The notes under the pieces: model-generated
What the model was told of the DNA's origin: nothing
Database searches by the model: none
The model's input: the letters and a program-made list of their open reading frames with translations, nothing else
Shown here: positions 13,240-26,985 of the stretch, piece after piece
Layout: the number at the start of each line of letters is the position of its first letter
Numbering within the stretch: the stretch's first letter is position 1
Assembly (NCBI RefSeq): GCF_018977255.1
Contig: NW_024704742.1
Span: 9,984,001-10,048,000 of the forward strand
Source of the DNA: Callorhinchus milii
Lineage: Eukaryota
Direction of reading: 5' to 3'
Length of the DNA stretch: 64,000 nucleotides
Made by a program: the position numbers and the translations under genes

Positions 13240-13742
13240 AATAATAATCTTTGCATTTGATATAATGCCTGATCACGTCTTTGAGGCGGCTCAAAGCACT
13301 TCACAGAATAGACTGTAAAGTGAATTGACTATATATTTTGTGGGAAAAACGTAGTAACCAATTGCGCACAGCAATGTTGCACAAACAGTCATGGATTGAG
13401 TGACTAATTTATTATCTTTTTTTTTGAAGGAATTATTACTCCCGGAAAAGAGAATCACCAATTGTAACAACAGGGTTCCTACTTACTGCTAGGTAAACAA
13501 AGGCGTGTGGAGCAAGTAAACTTGCCCAAAGTTTCGCCCTGCCAGGAATTGAACCCAGGTCCTCTCAACTGCAAGGCGAGTAATAATTCCTTCAAACAGA
13601 ATACAATAATAAATTGGTTACTCAATCCACAACTGTTTGTGGGACACTGCTGTGCCGAGTACAGTATATTCCGTGAAGCCTTTAAGTCGTCTTGAAGACG
13701 TTATAAGGCGCTACATCAAATGCAAGGATTACTATTATTATA
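13240..13742. mobile_element. Two SINE copies in opposite orientation
   Basis: Minus-strand copy 13240-13580 abuts a plus-strand 3' half 13581-13742. Confidence 0.8.
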
Positions 13743-14419
13743 TCCTCGTCACTAAAGCTTTACTGAAGTGTTTCAATGAACAGTCAATAAACTGCTCTTT
13801 GCTACTATACATCTCATCTCTGCTAATATACATTCCCACCTCCTCTATACATTTGATCCACAGTTAAAATTACATTTATCTACATTTGAAATTCAATTCC
13901 TCTGCCGCTTCTTAGCTCATTCACTTAATTAGTCTGATCTCCGAACCCTGTCGATCTCTTTTACATTCATCGCCCGGCTTCACAGTTTGCCAGAATCAGA
14001 AAATGTTATGGTCAAAGTCACCTCTTCCATATAATTTAGGAACAGTGTGAAAAGGAGGAAGTGCAGAACAGCCTCCATGTGGAACCTCACTCATTACTGA
14101 TCCTACCCAGAGCTGATCAATTAGCATTGCCCTTGGCTCCCCACATCTCAATACAACGCTTGAGTCTGCATGCAATTAGTTTCACAAGATTCAATCTTCA
14201 ATGTGACACAGATTGATAAACTTTACCCAATGTTTTCTGAAAATCCAAGTACATTGTTATATCAAATGGATTGTCCTCTTGAACCAATGTAGAGAAATAT
14301 GCTGCTTTTAAATCCATGCTGAAATCCTTGTGACCTCTGTTCTTTGGATAAATGTGACACCATCTGTTAAATACTCCTTGGCATAGCCCTGTTACATTGC
14401 GTTGGTTGGGTTCCATGAA

Positions 14420-14764
14420 ATTCTAACCTTCATTATAACGAGGCACAATAACAGCTGGTTTCACTGGTGTGTGTGAAGCTGGCCGGCTCTCTTCCTCTCA
14501 TGGCTGGCCAATGCCTGCGCTGAAGAAAAAATGGCTGACGTCCAGATAATAAGGTTACTACTGACATCATTTCCTGTTTGCTGATACAAATCAGGAAGTG
14601 ATGTCATGGCAACTTGATGACCCAGAAACTGGCCATTTCAGCACAAAAGCAAACTGGTAAATTGGGATACAGGCAGACTGGCCTCACACGTGCATAATGA
14701 ATGGTCCACGTTATCATCAAATTTTGCACCATAAAGAGGCACGTTATAGTCGGGGTTGCACTAT
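14420..14764. mobile_element. Decayed palindromic MITE-like element
   Basis: Inner inverted repeat tgacatcatttcctg/caggaagtgatgtca; outer aaccttcattataacg versus cgttatagtcggggttgcactata. Confidence 0.45.
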
Positions 14765-14996
14765 ATTAAAACAAGAACAAAAATTTGCATTTATATAACA
14801 CCCTTCATGTGAGGTAGTGTCTTGGAGCATTAAATTTAGGAACATACAAACAGGAGTAGGCCATATAGTCCATTGAGACAGTTCCTCCAGTCTACTTTGT
14901 TAGATCATATAATTTCATCTAATCCTTGCTTCTCAATATTAATTGCCTTTTTAAACATGTTAATCAATTCTGCGTCCATAGCCTTCTGGGCAAAAA

Positions 14997-17900
14997 GAAT
15001 CACACAGCATTCAGGAGGCCATTCAGCCATCATTTCTGTGCCAGCTCTTTGAAAAGAGCTTCCAATTCAATCCCATTCCCCTGCTCTCTCCCCATAGTCC
15101 TGCAAACTTGTCCTCCCCAAATAATTATCTACTTCTCTCTTAAAAGTTGTTATTGAATCGGCTTCCACCACCCTTTCCCGCAATGCATTCCAGTTCCGAA
15201 CAACTTGCTGTGTGAAAATATTTCTCTTTACTTCCCCTCCAATGCCTTGACATCCTTCCTAAAGTGTGGGGCCCAGAATTGAACACAGTCTCGAGCTGAA
15301 GTCTAACCAATGTTTTATAAAGTTCCATCATAACTTCTTGACTTTTGTATTCTGTGCCCCTATTTATAAAGCCTGGTATCCCATGTGCTTTTTTAAAAAA
15401 AAACTTTATGTACCTGTCCTGACACCTTCAAAGATTTGCTTATATGACCCCCAGGTCTCTCCGTTCCTTCACTCCCTTTATGATTGTACCATCAGCTGAT
15501 ATCGTCTCTCCTCATTCTTCCTCCCAAAATGCATCACTTTGCATTTATCCACATTAAACTTCATCTGCCACATGTCTGCCCATTTTACCAGTCTGTCTAT
15601 ATCCATTTGCAGTCTGCTACTATCCTCCTCACTGTTTACTACTTTTCCTATCTTAGTGTCATCTGCAAACTTGGAAACTGTATTCCCTATACCCAAGTCC
15701 ATGTTATTTATATAGATCAAAAACAGCAGTGGTCCCAATACTGACCTCTGGGGGACACCACTGCTCACTTCCCTCCAGTCAGAAAAACAACCGTTCACCA
15801 CCACTCTCAGCCTTCTGTCTCCCAACCAGTTCTGTATCTGCTGCCACTGTCACTTTAAGATTATGGGCTTCTATTTTGCTCACAAGTCTCTTATGTGGCA
15901 CTTTACACACCTTTTGAAAATCCATATAAACTATCAACTGCATTACCTTCATCCACCCTCTCTGTTATTTCATCAAAAAACTCTATCAGGTTTGTTAGAC
16001 ATGATTTGCCTTTAACAAATCCGTGTTCGCTGTCCTTTATTAACCCATATTTTTCTAAGCGAAAATTTATTTTCGCCCTGATTATAGTCTCTAGAAGTTT
16101 CCCCACTACTGATGTTTAGCTGACTTGCCTCTAGTTCCTGGGTTTATCCTTCTGCCCTTTTGTACAGGGGAGTAACGTTTGCAACCCTCCAGTCCTCTGG
16201 CACCACCCACCGCAGTGTCAAAGGAGGATTGAAAGATTGTGGCCAGAGCCTCTGTTATTTCCACCTTTACCTTCCTCTGTAACCTAGGATGCATCCTGTC
16301 CGGACCAGGTGACTTATCTACCTTGAGCACCAACAACCTTTATAGTTCCTCCTCTCAGTTTATTCTTACCTTATCCAATTTCTCTACCCCCTCCTCTGAT
16401 ACTGTAGCATTGGTTGCATCCTCTTCTTTTGTGAAGACAGATGCAAAGTACTCATTCAGTACATCAGCCAAGCTCTCTGCTCCACAAGATTTCCTCTTTG
16501 GTCCCTAATTGGACCCACCCCACCTTTCACTAACCTTTTATTCATTATATGCTTTTAAAATACCTTAGGTTTCTCTTTTACGTTACCCACTAATCTTTTT
16601 TCATACAATCTCTTTACCCCTCTTATTTCCTTTTTCTGTTCTCCTCTGTACTTTCTATATTCTATTTGATTATCTTCTATATTTTGGACCTGACATTTAT
16701 CATAACCCTTCTTTTTTTGTTTTATTTTAATCCTAATTTCCATATTCTTCCAGGGAGGTTCAGATGCCCTACCTTTCCCTTTGTGGGAATGTATTTGTTC
16801 TGTCTCCAAACTATCTCCTCCTTGAAGGCTTCCCATTGCTCGTTAGCTGTTTTACCTGCCAATCTTTCTTTCCAGTCCACCTTGCCTAGGTCCCCTTTTA
16901 AACTAACTGAAATTCATCCTCTTCCAGATGAATATCTTCACTTTTGATTGTTCCTTGTCCCTTTCCAAAAGTACTCTAAACCTAATGATGTTGTGATCAA
17001 TGTTGGCCAGCTGCTCTCCTACTGAAACCTGCTCCATTTGCCCCACTTCATTCCCCAGAACTTGATCCAGCATTGCTTCCTTCACCCACAAATATACGAT
17101 CAATTCACTTTACAGTCTATTCTGTGAAGCGCTTTGGGACGTCCAGAAGACGTGAAAAGCGCTATATCAAATGCAAGCATTATTATTATTATTTCCTTCC
17201 TCAATGGGGTGGAAATATACTGATCCAGAAAGTTATTCTACACGCATTTCAGAAATCCTTCCCCCTTCTTGCCTTTTACACTGTTATTTTGCCAATCTAT
17301 GTTAGGATAATTGAAGTCTACCATTATCACTATTCTATTGGTTTTGCATCTTTCCAAAATTTGCTTGCAGATTTGCTCATCTATCCCCTTCCTACTATTT
17401 GATGGTCTATAGTATACACTTAACAGAGTAACAGCTCTTTTGTGCTCCTTAACTCTAACCAAATAAGATTCTGTTTTTGGACCTTCTAGCACATCATTCC
17501 TTTCCTGGGCCATGTCTTTAATCAATATTGCCATCCCCACCACCCTCCTTTTTTTCCTTCACTATCCTTCCTGAATACATTATAGCCAGGAATATTCAGC
17601 TCTGATTCCTGCCCTTGTTTGAGCCAGGTCTCCGTTATTGCCATTACATCATACCCCATGTGGCAACTTGAGTCTACAGCTCACCAATCTTATTTGTCAC
17701 ACTCCATGCATTTCTCCCCCAACAAATCCCTACTTCTTCTGGACTACTCCATTGCTATTCGTATCTGCCAGTCTCTCTATGTAACTGGTATGTCCTCTCT
17801 AATGCTACATTCCTGATTCCCCTCATCAAAATTAGTTTAAATGCTTTCCCACAGTACTAGTTAATCTGCCTGCAAAGACATTGGTCCCAGCCCTGTTCAG

Positions 17901-19260
17901 GTGTAACCTATCCACCTTGTACAGGTCCCACCTGTCCCAGAAATGGTCCCAATGATCCAGGAACCTGAAGCCCTCCTTTTTGGAACCATTTCTCCAGCTA
18001 TGCATTCATGTGTATGATCCTGCCGTTTTGATACTCACTTGCACGAGGCACTGGGAGTAATTCAGAGATCACCACCTTTGAGGTCCTACTCTTTAGCTTT
18101 TTCCCTAGCTTCTGATACTCTCCCTGTAGGATCTCAGCCCTTTTTTTTCCTAAGTTATGGATGCCAACATGGACCACGACTTCTGGATGTTCCACTTCCC
18201 CTATAGAATGTTTTATAGAATGTTCCATGATGTCTTCAACCCTGGCACCAGGGAGGTAACATGCCATGCACAAATCACATCTTTGGTTGCAGAAACACCT
18301 GTCTGCTCCTTTCACCATTGTGTCCCCAATAACAATTGCATTGACACTCTTCCCTGTGTCCCCCTGTGCATCGATTTGTTTTTGACTCTTCACCCCAGAC
18401 ATATCCTCACCCTGACCAATATTCAGTACAGAGAACCAATTTGTGAGTGCCACACTCTCAGGGGATTTCTGCACTGGCCATCCCCTTTTCCTATCATGTC
18501 AGGTGGTCACCCACTCACTCCTTCTGAACCCTCTGTAGCTGTGGGGTGACCACCTCCTGAAACATTCAATCCTTGAACTCTTCAGCCTCCCGTATGCTAT
18601 GTAGTGACACCAGGTTCTCCTTGAGCTCAGAAACTCAAGCAGCCCTACACACTTCCTACACACTCATCTGTCCAGGGCACACAAAGCATCCTGGAATTCC
18701 CACATAACACACATTGTGCATGCAACTGGTCTCAGCTGCCTTGCTTATTTATATTCCTAGACACATTTATATTATTTTAATATAACATATATTTTAGAAT
18801 TATGCACCTCTTTCCCCCTCTGCACCAAATTCCTACTCTCACCAAATTCCTTAACAGGATTCTCACTCTGTTCCACCTTACTCAGTTCTCTGCTCAAAGG
18901 AGGATCTCATAAGACTTCTCCTTTATATAGGACTCAAACAAAAGCACTCAGTTTGATTGGGCAGCAGATTTTTTAATCCCCAACACCTGGCCTATGATTA
19001 ACTGCTAATAGGCTTGTTTGCCTGTTTACATATAAGGTCAAGATAGATTTCCTACTCTTCTGTTGAAATGATAGAGTTTTCTCTTGCTCTCTGGTGTCTC
19101 TCTCACTCTTCTGTGTCTCTCTTGCTTTCCGGTGTCTATCTTGCTGAAGAATTCCCACTCTCACCAAATTCCTTAACAGAATTTTTGCTCTGTTCCACCT
19201 CACTCAGTTCCCTCTTCACGCTGCTGGGCTCCCTACTCCTTAAGGCTATATAGATGCAAG
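14997..19260 (-). mobile_element. Near full-length decayed CR1 LINE (5' UTR, ORF1 esterase, ORF2 endonuclease-RT)
   Basis: ORF1 SGNH-like motifs VIGDTMV, LPGARV, VVVHVGIHNL (17998..18474); endonuclease [63 protein letters not shown]; many stops and frameshifts; SINE tail inserted at about 17080-17192. Confidence 0.93.
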
Positions 19261-20165
19261 TATTAATCTTCTGAGAATGATAGTTATCATTTATAGAACA
19301 CAGATGAGGCTTAACTGGATACACTCAGGTTTCCTTGGGTATATCCTATGTAAGTAAGGAACATTTAATTCAAAGTACATCTAGGTCTGTCTGGTGTTCC
19401 AATGCTGGTGGTCTGATGCCAGTCTTACAGCATGTATTGTTGTTTGAAGAGGGTGTTGTTCTGCTTATTCAAACAAATGACTATAACATATAAGAAATGT
19501 AATTTTACATTTCATTTTACAGTCACATAAGAAATGTAATTTTACTTACATTATTATCAACACTGGGTGCTAAGTGAAGCATTGATCAGTGCGGGGGCTG
19601 ATGCACTGTGACGGACATTGTCTCAAGAATTAGCATTTTGACCGGCAAGCAGAGAACCACGGTGTAATTTGGACCTATTTCCAGCTCATTTCATCCCGTC
19701 GAGCCAGGATTCCTGGAGCCCCCTCAGGGACCAGTTGTCCTTTTCCTAGCACATCACAGCTGTGGAAGCAATTTCCTCCTTCATCCCTGGGCTGAAATAT
19801 GAAGTTTATTAAAAAGGTGAGGGGAGGAGGTGTGGGGCAGCGGTTAAGTTTTTGAGACATATATTCTGTCATTTCAAAAACCTGCACATTAGAAATATGT
19901 GCAAGAAGAGGAATTGTGGCACTTATTGAATGGAATTAAGTGAGTACTGTCTGCTTATCATGTGATTGCCATCATTGCTCCCTCCTTTTAGCACTCTGAC
20001 GTGAAACACATGCCGTGAGGGGTTAAGGGGTGTTGTTAAATGAATCGTTTTATTTGTGTTGCGTCACAATCCAATGTCGTGCGCCTGAACAAACGGAGGA
20101 GCAACACTGAGCTCATGTTCTTGAATCAGGTACAGCGACTGAAGAAGGTTTAATCTTATTCATTA

Positions 20166-20430
20166 CTAGCTATACCCATTGCAGCTTCGCTTGAAACCAA
20201 AGGTTCAGTCAGTCAGTGTGGCCACCACGTGTAACTAAAGTGTACATTCGTGAAAAAATGCAAAACTGAAACTAACTCATGAACAATTGGAGATACCCAA
20301 AAACAAATATATCCATGTCACTCCCAGTGCAAGATCTTTCCGATGAGGTATAAATCATGTTTCTACGTCAATCGGTTATTGAGATCATTGTTGAAGTACA
20401 AACAGACATTGTCATTTTATTAGTATATCA
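20166..20430 (-). mobile_element. Non-autonomous Helitron-like element, copy 2
   Basis: Minus strand reads ATATACTAATAAAATGACAATGTCTGTTTG...GCGAAGCTGCAATGGGTATAGCTAG|T; no TSD or TIR. Confidence 0.62.
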
Positions 20431-21654
20431 GAAGATAGTGGCAGCCTCCTCATAATAATAATAATCTTTGCATTTGATACAGCACTTTATCGTGTCTTCG
20501 AGATGTCTCAAAGCACTTCACAGGATATACTGTATAGTGAATTGACTGTATATTTTGCGGGTGAAACGTTAATCAAACATCTCCTAAACACCACAAAGAC
20601 TGCTGACAATTTCTCTCTTATAGCCCCCTGATGTTATGTCCTGGACTGTGGGGTAGGTTTCTCTGCAGTTGCAATCATTGCCACTCTGAATAGCAGGAGC
20701 TACACAACAGACAGTAGATGTCAGCACCCAAACAGGAGAAATACAAACATTGGTCATTCACTTATGACACGGCTGTTTGTGGGGCAATGCGGTGGGCAAA
20801 CTGGCTGCCACACTCATCAACAAATACCTACAATTGACAGTAATTACCTGTGAAGAGGTTAGAAATGAGTTGTGAAGGTATGAAATTCTCTACTCCAGAA
20901 AGCTGTAGAGATGGAATCAATAGAGATATCATTCGGGTGAGATGTTAAACTGAGGCACCGAGCTGTCTGTTGTTCAGGTGGATGTTAAAGATCCCATGGC
21001 ATTATGCAAACAGCAAAGGTGTCAGATTCCGCCACTGTGAAGCGCTCCGGGACGCTATTCCGTGTGAAGGGCGCTATATAAATACAAGTTGTTGTACAGT
21101 AATATAACGTCTTTCACGTCAGGAGGATGGCTCAAAGTGCTTCACTGGCTTCACGCCCGAGCTGGGGGTGGGAAGAGGAAAGATGACTGAAGGTGAGGTC
21201 ACAGAGACATCTCAAAACACTTCACAGAATATACTGTAAAGTGAATTGACTGTACATTTTGTGGGTGTAAAGTGGCAGCCAATTGTGCACAGCAGTGTCC
21301 CACAGACAGACGTGGATTGAGTGACCAAATTTTTTTTTAATTTTTGGGGGGAGGGATTAGTACCTCCGGAAAAGTGATCCCCAATCGACTAACAACCGAG
21401 TTCGTACTTACTCACAGAGGCGTGTGGAGTAAGGAAATTTGCCCAATGTTCAGTCATTGTAATTTATGGCACTGGATTCACAGGGAATGTATGGTACACC
21501 ACGGAATACATTTACCTACAAATACACAGTCACTACACTCTACAGTATATTGGTAAAGAGCTTTGAGATGTTTCGACATCCTGATAAGGAGCTATAACAA
21601 ATGTAAGGATTATTATTATCTAAAACCAACTGGATGCGTATTAATGAGGGTACA

Positions 21655-21940
21655 ATACAAAATTACATTTGTAAAGCACCTTTCATGTCGGAAGGACATC
21701 CCAAGGTGCTGAACAGTAGGGATGGGGATCAGGGAGGGTGGAGGGCAGAGAGGATAGGAGGGTGGCCGAAGGCACAGTGAAAGAGGAGCGTCTTGAGACG
21801 TGCCTTGAAGGAGACAAGGGAAGGAGCGAGGCAAAGAGTGTTGAATGGAGTTCCAGAGGGTGGGGCAGCGAGGTTGAAGGTCTGATCACCGATGGTGGGG
21901 TGGGCTCAGCGGGGGACATGGAGCAGGCCGGAGTCTTCTG
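21655..21940 (-). mobile_element. L2 LINE 3' fragment
   Basis: Tail stem-loop and 3' ORF2 remnant like other L2 copies. Confidence 0.75.
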
Positions 21941-22209
21941 AAGGGAGACTATGTACAATGTATCATTCAAGAACATCATGTGGATATCAAAGGGAAGGTC
22001 ATGTTCAATTCAGTTTCAGTTTTGTGTTTCCGTTTCAATTGGGACTCTGAGAACTGCACACATTTGCTAACAGTCTTTAACTCTTTCCCTGCTGAATAAC
22101 TAGGAACCGCGCAGATAACAGTCGTGTAAGCTCTTATGGGTTAAAAAGCAGCGGTTGGTGAAGATAGTACAGATGGTAGAGATGATCAAACTGAGATAAA
22201 TCACTGACG

Positions 22210-22605
22210 CTTGAGTTTACAAGGCTGAGGGGTGATCTGATTGAGGTTTTTGAAATAATAAAGGGATTTGATCAGATAGATTCATAGAAGCTATTTCTGG
22301 GGTAATCCAGAACAAGGGGGCATTATCTTAAAATTAGATCTAGGCCATTTAGGAGTGAAATTAGGAGCCAGTTTTTGACCCAAAGGGTAGTGGAAATCTG
22401 GAACTCTCTACCCCAAAAGGCTGTGGATGTTGGATCCATTCACATCTTCAAGACAGAGGTGGGTAGATATTTGTTAGTTCAGGGTATTAAAGGATACGGG
22501 GCAAAGACGGGTAATTGGACTTGAGGTACAGATCAGCCATGATCTTATAGAATGGCAGAATAGGCTCGAGGGGCTGAATGGCCTACACCTGTTTCTGTGT
22601 TTCTA
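22210..22605 (+). mobile_element. CR1 LINE 3' end
   Basis: aggctgaggggtgatctgattgagg (RLRGDLIEV) through gaggggctgaatggcctacacctgtttctgtgtttctatg tail. Confidence 0.88.
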
Positions 22606-22819
22606 TGGTTGTGGGTTCAAGCCCAACGTCAGGACTTTGGACTCACAAGGAGCTTTCCATTGTCAGAGGTGCTATCCTTCGAGTGTTAATCTGAGATTCT
22701 GTCTGCCTGTTCAGATGCTAAAGATTCCACGGTGCTGTTTGAAAAGAGAAGGAAGTTTCTCCTGGTGTCCTGGCCAACAATTCCCCAGATAAAATTGGTC
22801 ACTCACTTCATATAATCTA

Positions 22820-23265
22820 TATGGTAGAATCTTAAAGGGGGTGAAGGAACAGAGAATCCTGGGAATTCAGATGAGTAAATCTTTGAAGGTGGCAGGACAG
22901 GTAGATAAAGCTGATAAAAAGCACACAGGATACTAGGCTTTATAAATAGGGGCACAGAATACAAAAGGCAGGAAGTTATGATGAACCTTTATAAAACACT
23001 GGTTAGGCCTCAGCGAGAGATTGTGTTCAGTTCTGGGGCATTACACTTCAGGAAGGATGTCAAGGCATTGGAGAGGGTCAAAGGAGATTTGCCAGGATGG
23101 TACCAGGAATGAGGAACTCCAGTTATCAGGTCAGGCTAGAGAAACTTGGATTATTCTCCTTGGAGCAGAAAAAGTTAAGAGGAGACAATAGAACTTTTCA
23201 AAATGATGAGGTGGTTTGATAGGGTGAACAAGGAGAAACTATTTCCACTGGCGGGTGGGTTGGTA
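22820..23265 (+). mobile_element. CR1 LINE ORF2 fragment
   Basis: Collinear with the post-RT region of the 15-kb CR1 (LYKTLVRPQ...; RKDVKALERV). Confidence 0.82.
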
Positions 23266-24712
23266 ACAACAACAACAAAATTACATTTATAGAACGCCTT
23301 TCATGTCGGGAGGACGTCCCAGAGCGCTGAACAGGTGTCGGGGCCCAAGCATGGGGGAGTGGTGTGGTAGAGGTGAGGGAAGGAAGAGAGGTGAGAGGGA
23401 GACCAAAGGAACGATCGAAGAGAAGGGTCTTGAGACTGGCCTCGAAGGAGGAAGCGAGGCAAAGGGACCGTGGGATGGAATTTCAGAGTGTGGGGGCAGA
23501 GAGGCTGAAAGCCCGGCCACCGATGGTAGGGCGGGTCGGGCGGGAGACATGGACCAGGCCTGAGCCCGCTGAACAGAGGGAGCAGGCAGGTTGGTAGGGA
23601 GTCAGCAAGTCAGAGAGGTAGGAGAGGGCAAGGTCATAGATTAAAGGTGAGGACGAAGATCTTGAACTCGATCCTCTCGGGGATGGGGAGCTAGTGGAGT
23701 CAGGCGAGGGTGGGAGTGATGGGGTCACGGAGCCTGGTGCGTGAGAGTACATGAGCTGTAGAGTTTTGGATGATCTGCAGCTTGTGAAGGGAAGAGTTGG
23801 GAAGACCAATGAGGAGGGAGTTCCCGTAATTGAGCCTTGATGTGATGAATGCGTGGGTGAGGGTTTCGGCAGCCTGAGGGGTGAGGCAGTGGTGGAGTCT
23901 GGCAATATTGCGGAGGTGGTGGTAGGCAGTGCCGGTCATGGCGCGGATGTGGGGGAGAAAGGACAGTTCAGGGTCAAACAAGACACCCAGGTTCCTGACT
24001 GGCTTAGTGAGGTTGAGTGTGCAGCCGTGGAGGCTGATGCTGCCAGTGCCCGAGGAGGGCCAATCAGGAGGGCCTCGGTTTTGCTGACGTTGAGTTGGAG
24101 AAAGTTGTCCCTCGTTTAGGACTTGATGTCGGACAGGCAATCGGTCAGGACGCCAGTAGTCCTGGAGTTGAGGGTGGAGGCAGAGAGATAATAATAATAA
24201 TAGAGTTGGGTGTCACACGCATACATGTGGAAATTTGCCCCATGTCTGCGGATGATGTCACCAAGGGGGAGCATGTAGAGGGTGAAGAGGAGGGGACCGA
24301 GGACAGAGCAACGCCGCACGAGACGGTGCGGGGGCTGGAGGAGAAGCTGCGACGAAGTGGAGGCGGTGTGAAAGGTAGGACCTGAACCAGTCAAGGACAG
24401 AACCTTGAAGGTTAAGGTGGGAGGAGATGTGGTGGAGAAGGATTGAGTTGTCCACGGTGTCAAAGGCGGCGGAGAGGTCGAGGAGGATGAGGAGACAGAG
24501 GGACCTTGGTCACACATGGTCAGGATGTCGTTTGTGACCTTGACCAGAGCAGTTTCCGTGCTGTGGGCAGCATGGAAACCCGATTGGAGGGTTTCATGGA
24601 GGGAGTGGGAGGAGAGGAAAGGGAGATTTGAGATGGGCCGGTAGCTAGATAGCTGTGATGGGTCGAGGGAAGGTTTCTTCAAGGTGGGGATGATAGTGGC
24701 TGTTTTGAGGAC
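23266..24712 (-). mobile_element. L2 LINE, 3' 1.45 kb including RT
   Basis: [69 protein letters not shown]; (CAA)n tail at 23266. Confidence 0.93.
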
Positions 24713-25003
24713 ACTGATTTTAGTTGTTAAAAGAAACAGAGGGGAGGTGAGGAGAAATTGTTTCACACAGCGAGTTGTTCGGATTTGGAATGCATTACCT
24801 GAAAGGTTGGTGGAAGCTGATCTGATAACAACTTTTAAGAGAGAAGTAGATGATTATTTGGGGAGGACAAGTTTGCAGGGCTATGGGGAGAGAGCGGGGG
24901 GTGGGATTGAATTGGAAGCTCTTTTCAAAGAACCGGCACAGACACAATGGGCCGAATGGTCTTCTCCTGCGCTGTATAATTCTATGATTATATGATTCCA
25001 TGA
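24713..25003 (+). mobile_element. CR1 LINE 3' end
   Basis: RRNCFTQRVVRIWNALP in ORF 24684..24995; ctatgatt-type terminal repeats. Confidence 0.88.
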
Positions 25004-25899
25004 TTAATGGCTGTTTGAGGGTCATTAGCTGTGTGCAAATTGTCTGCTGCGTTTTCCTACTAAATACAGTCACTACACTTCACTCTGTGAAGTGCTTTGA
25101 GATGTATTGACAACATGATAAGGCGATATACTAATTAAGAATTAGTAGAAATATTATTATAAAGTAAGTGTTAAATAGTAGAAAGTAAACTCAGAACAAT
25201 ACTTTTAGATATGTGGAGGCAGCAGAACGTGTTCAGGATTGTGAGGGCAATATTATTACCAGGAAATATTTCTTTTCACAAAAGAGTAACAAAGGCTGGT
25301 ACAGATTACCATGATAGGTAGCGACAGAACTCATTTAAGCTTATCGCTAGTGTGAATACTCTGGACGGATGAAATGAAAATGGTGCAAAGAACCTTCTTT
25401 GTCCAAACCATTCTTGTGTTCTTGTGATTTCAGCGTAGCAATAACGTGCAAAGGCAGCATAAAAAAGAGGAACCCTGAAAAATGAAAACCGTTCAAAGGC
25501 CAAGAATTCTGTCTGTATCAACTGACAATCAATCCGCTGTTTCAAAGTGCATCACATGTAAGTTTCATTACTGTAAAAACAGGAAGACTTGCAGACACAT
25601 CATCTATCATTAATGGACGTGGAAGCACAGGGGTATAGAGTACAGAGACTTAGAGCTGAGGTCAAACCAGATGATGGAGGCTCTGTCAGTCCACTAGCAT
25701 CAGTGTAAAACACAGCTGTAGTTTTATTAACAACGCTTTTATTACAATGTCAGTTTATAGAACATTCAGCAAAACAGCAACTGGCAGCAGAGCGCCAGAA
25801 CATCGCAAACAAATGTTTAACTCTATACAACACAGTCTAAGACTCCAACACTACCTAACCTGCCCACCTGGTCAATTCACACAGGAAAACTTCTCGATT

Positions 25900-26113
25900 T
25901 CCCCTCCACCACCCCCGTACCCCCCCACACACACACAAACTCCCCCCTCCCCCCCACACACACACACACCCCCCCCCCCCCACACACACCCAAACTCCCC
26001 CTCCCCCCCCACACACACACAAACTCCCCCTCCCCCCACACACACACACACACAAACTCCCCCCTTCCCCCCCCACACACACACAAACTCCCCCCTCCCC
26101 ACACACACACACA
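25900..26113. repeat. C/CA-rich minisatellite
   Basis: About 7 imperfect units of cacacacacaaactccccctcccccc. Confidence 0.9.
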
Positions 26114-26985
26114 TGCAGAAACTCCCACAACATAGACCCTAAATCAGGCTGTATGTTTGGTTGGGTAGTTGTTTCCCAGCATCGGTCTGCCGAGGAGAGC
26201 TGAAAATCATCTTTTATTTTAGTGATGGATCGAGCAGACTGCGCTGCTCTACAGCCTTAGACCCAGAGTCAGGGGAGTGAGAAGAACAAGACAGTCATAA
26301 ACTCTGATGTGATCAGATTACACCATTACCATAATCATTATCACTCCTCCTCACAGCAGTCATCCTCATGCTGAGCGGTAGAGTTGTAAAAACGCAACCA
26401 GCTCTTGGCAAGCAATGCTGAGCACAGACAAAGCCTGAAAATTAACATTGCACTTTTCTCCAATGTTAAACAAACCAACAACAACAGCTCGCATCACGCA
26501 TCCCAGAGCACCTGACGGTGAGGGAGCACCTGACGGTGAGGGAGCACAGCGCAGAGCTGGGGGGAGGGTAGGTGACTGTAGGCACGGTCAAATAGGAAGG
26601 TCTTCAGGCACGACCTGAAGGTGGATAAAGAAGGGGCAAGGCGGACGGGTAGAGGAAGAGTGTTCCAGAGTTTTGGAGCACAGCTACCAATGGTGGAACG
26701 GAGGGCACGAGGGACAGGCAGAAAGCTGGAGCCTTCTTAAACTTGTCTTCTTTCCTGCTTAAACGTGGGTTGAACACAGGACCCCACCAGTCGAATCCTC
26801 CCTACACTCACTTCTCAGTCTCACATGTGAAGGGTCACTTGAAAGAGTTACAAGAGGGAAATCAGAATAAAAGGAGCCACAAAGCAGAGAGGAGGGGAAG
26901 GGTGAGAGAAAGTTCTTAGAAGGGAAATAAATGCAAATGTCTTATATATCAACAATCCCACTCTCCCCTGTGACACTGGGCAATA

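Noticed and set aside
17998..18474. Host SGNH esterase gene
   Set aside because: It is CR1 ORF1, collinear with a decayed ORF2
18826..19215. Roughly 65-bp direct repeat as LTRs or TSD
   Set aside because: Lies in the CR1 5' region and is better explained as a 5' UTR repeat
25747..26142. Pro/His/Thr-rich and Gly/Val/Cys-rich ORFs
   Set aside because: Translations of a minisatellite
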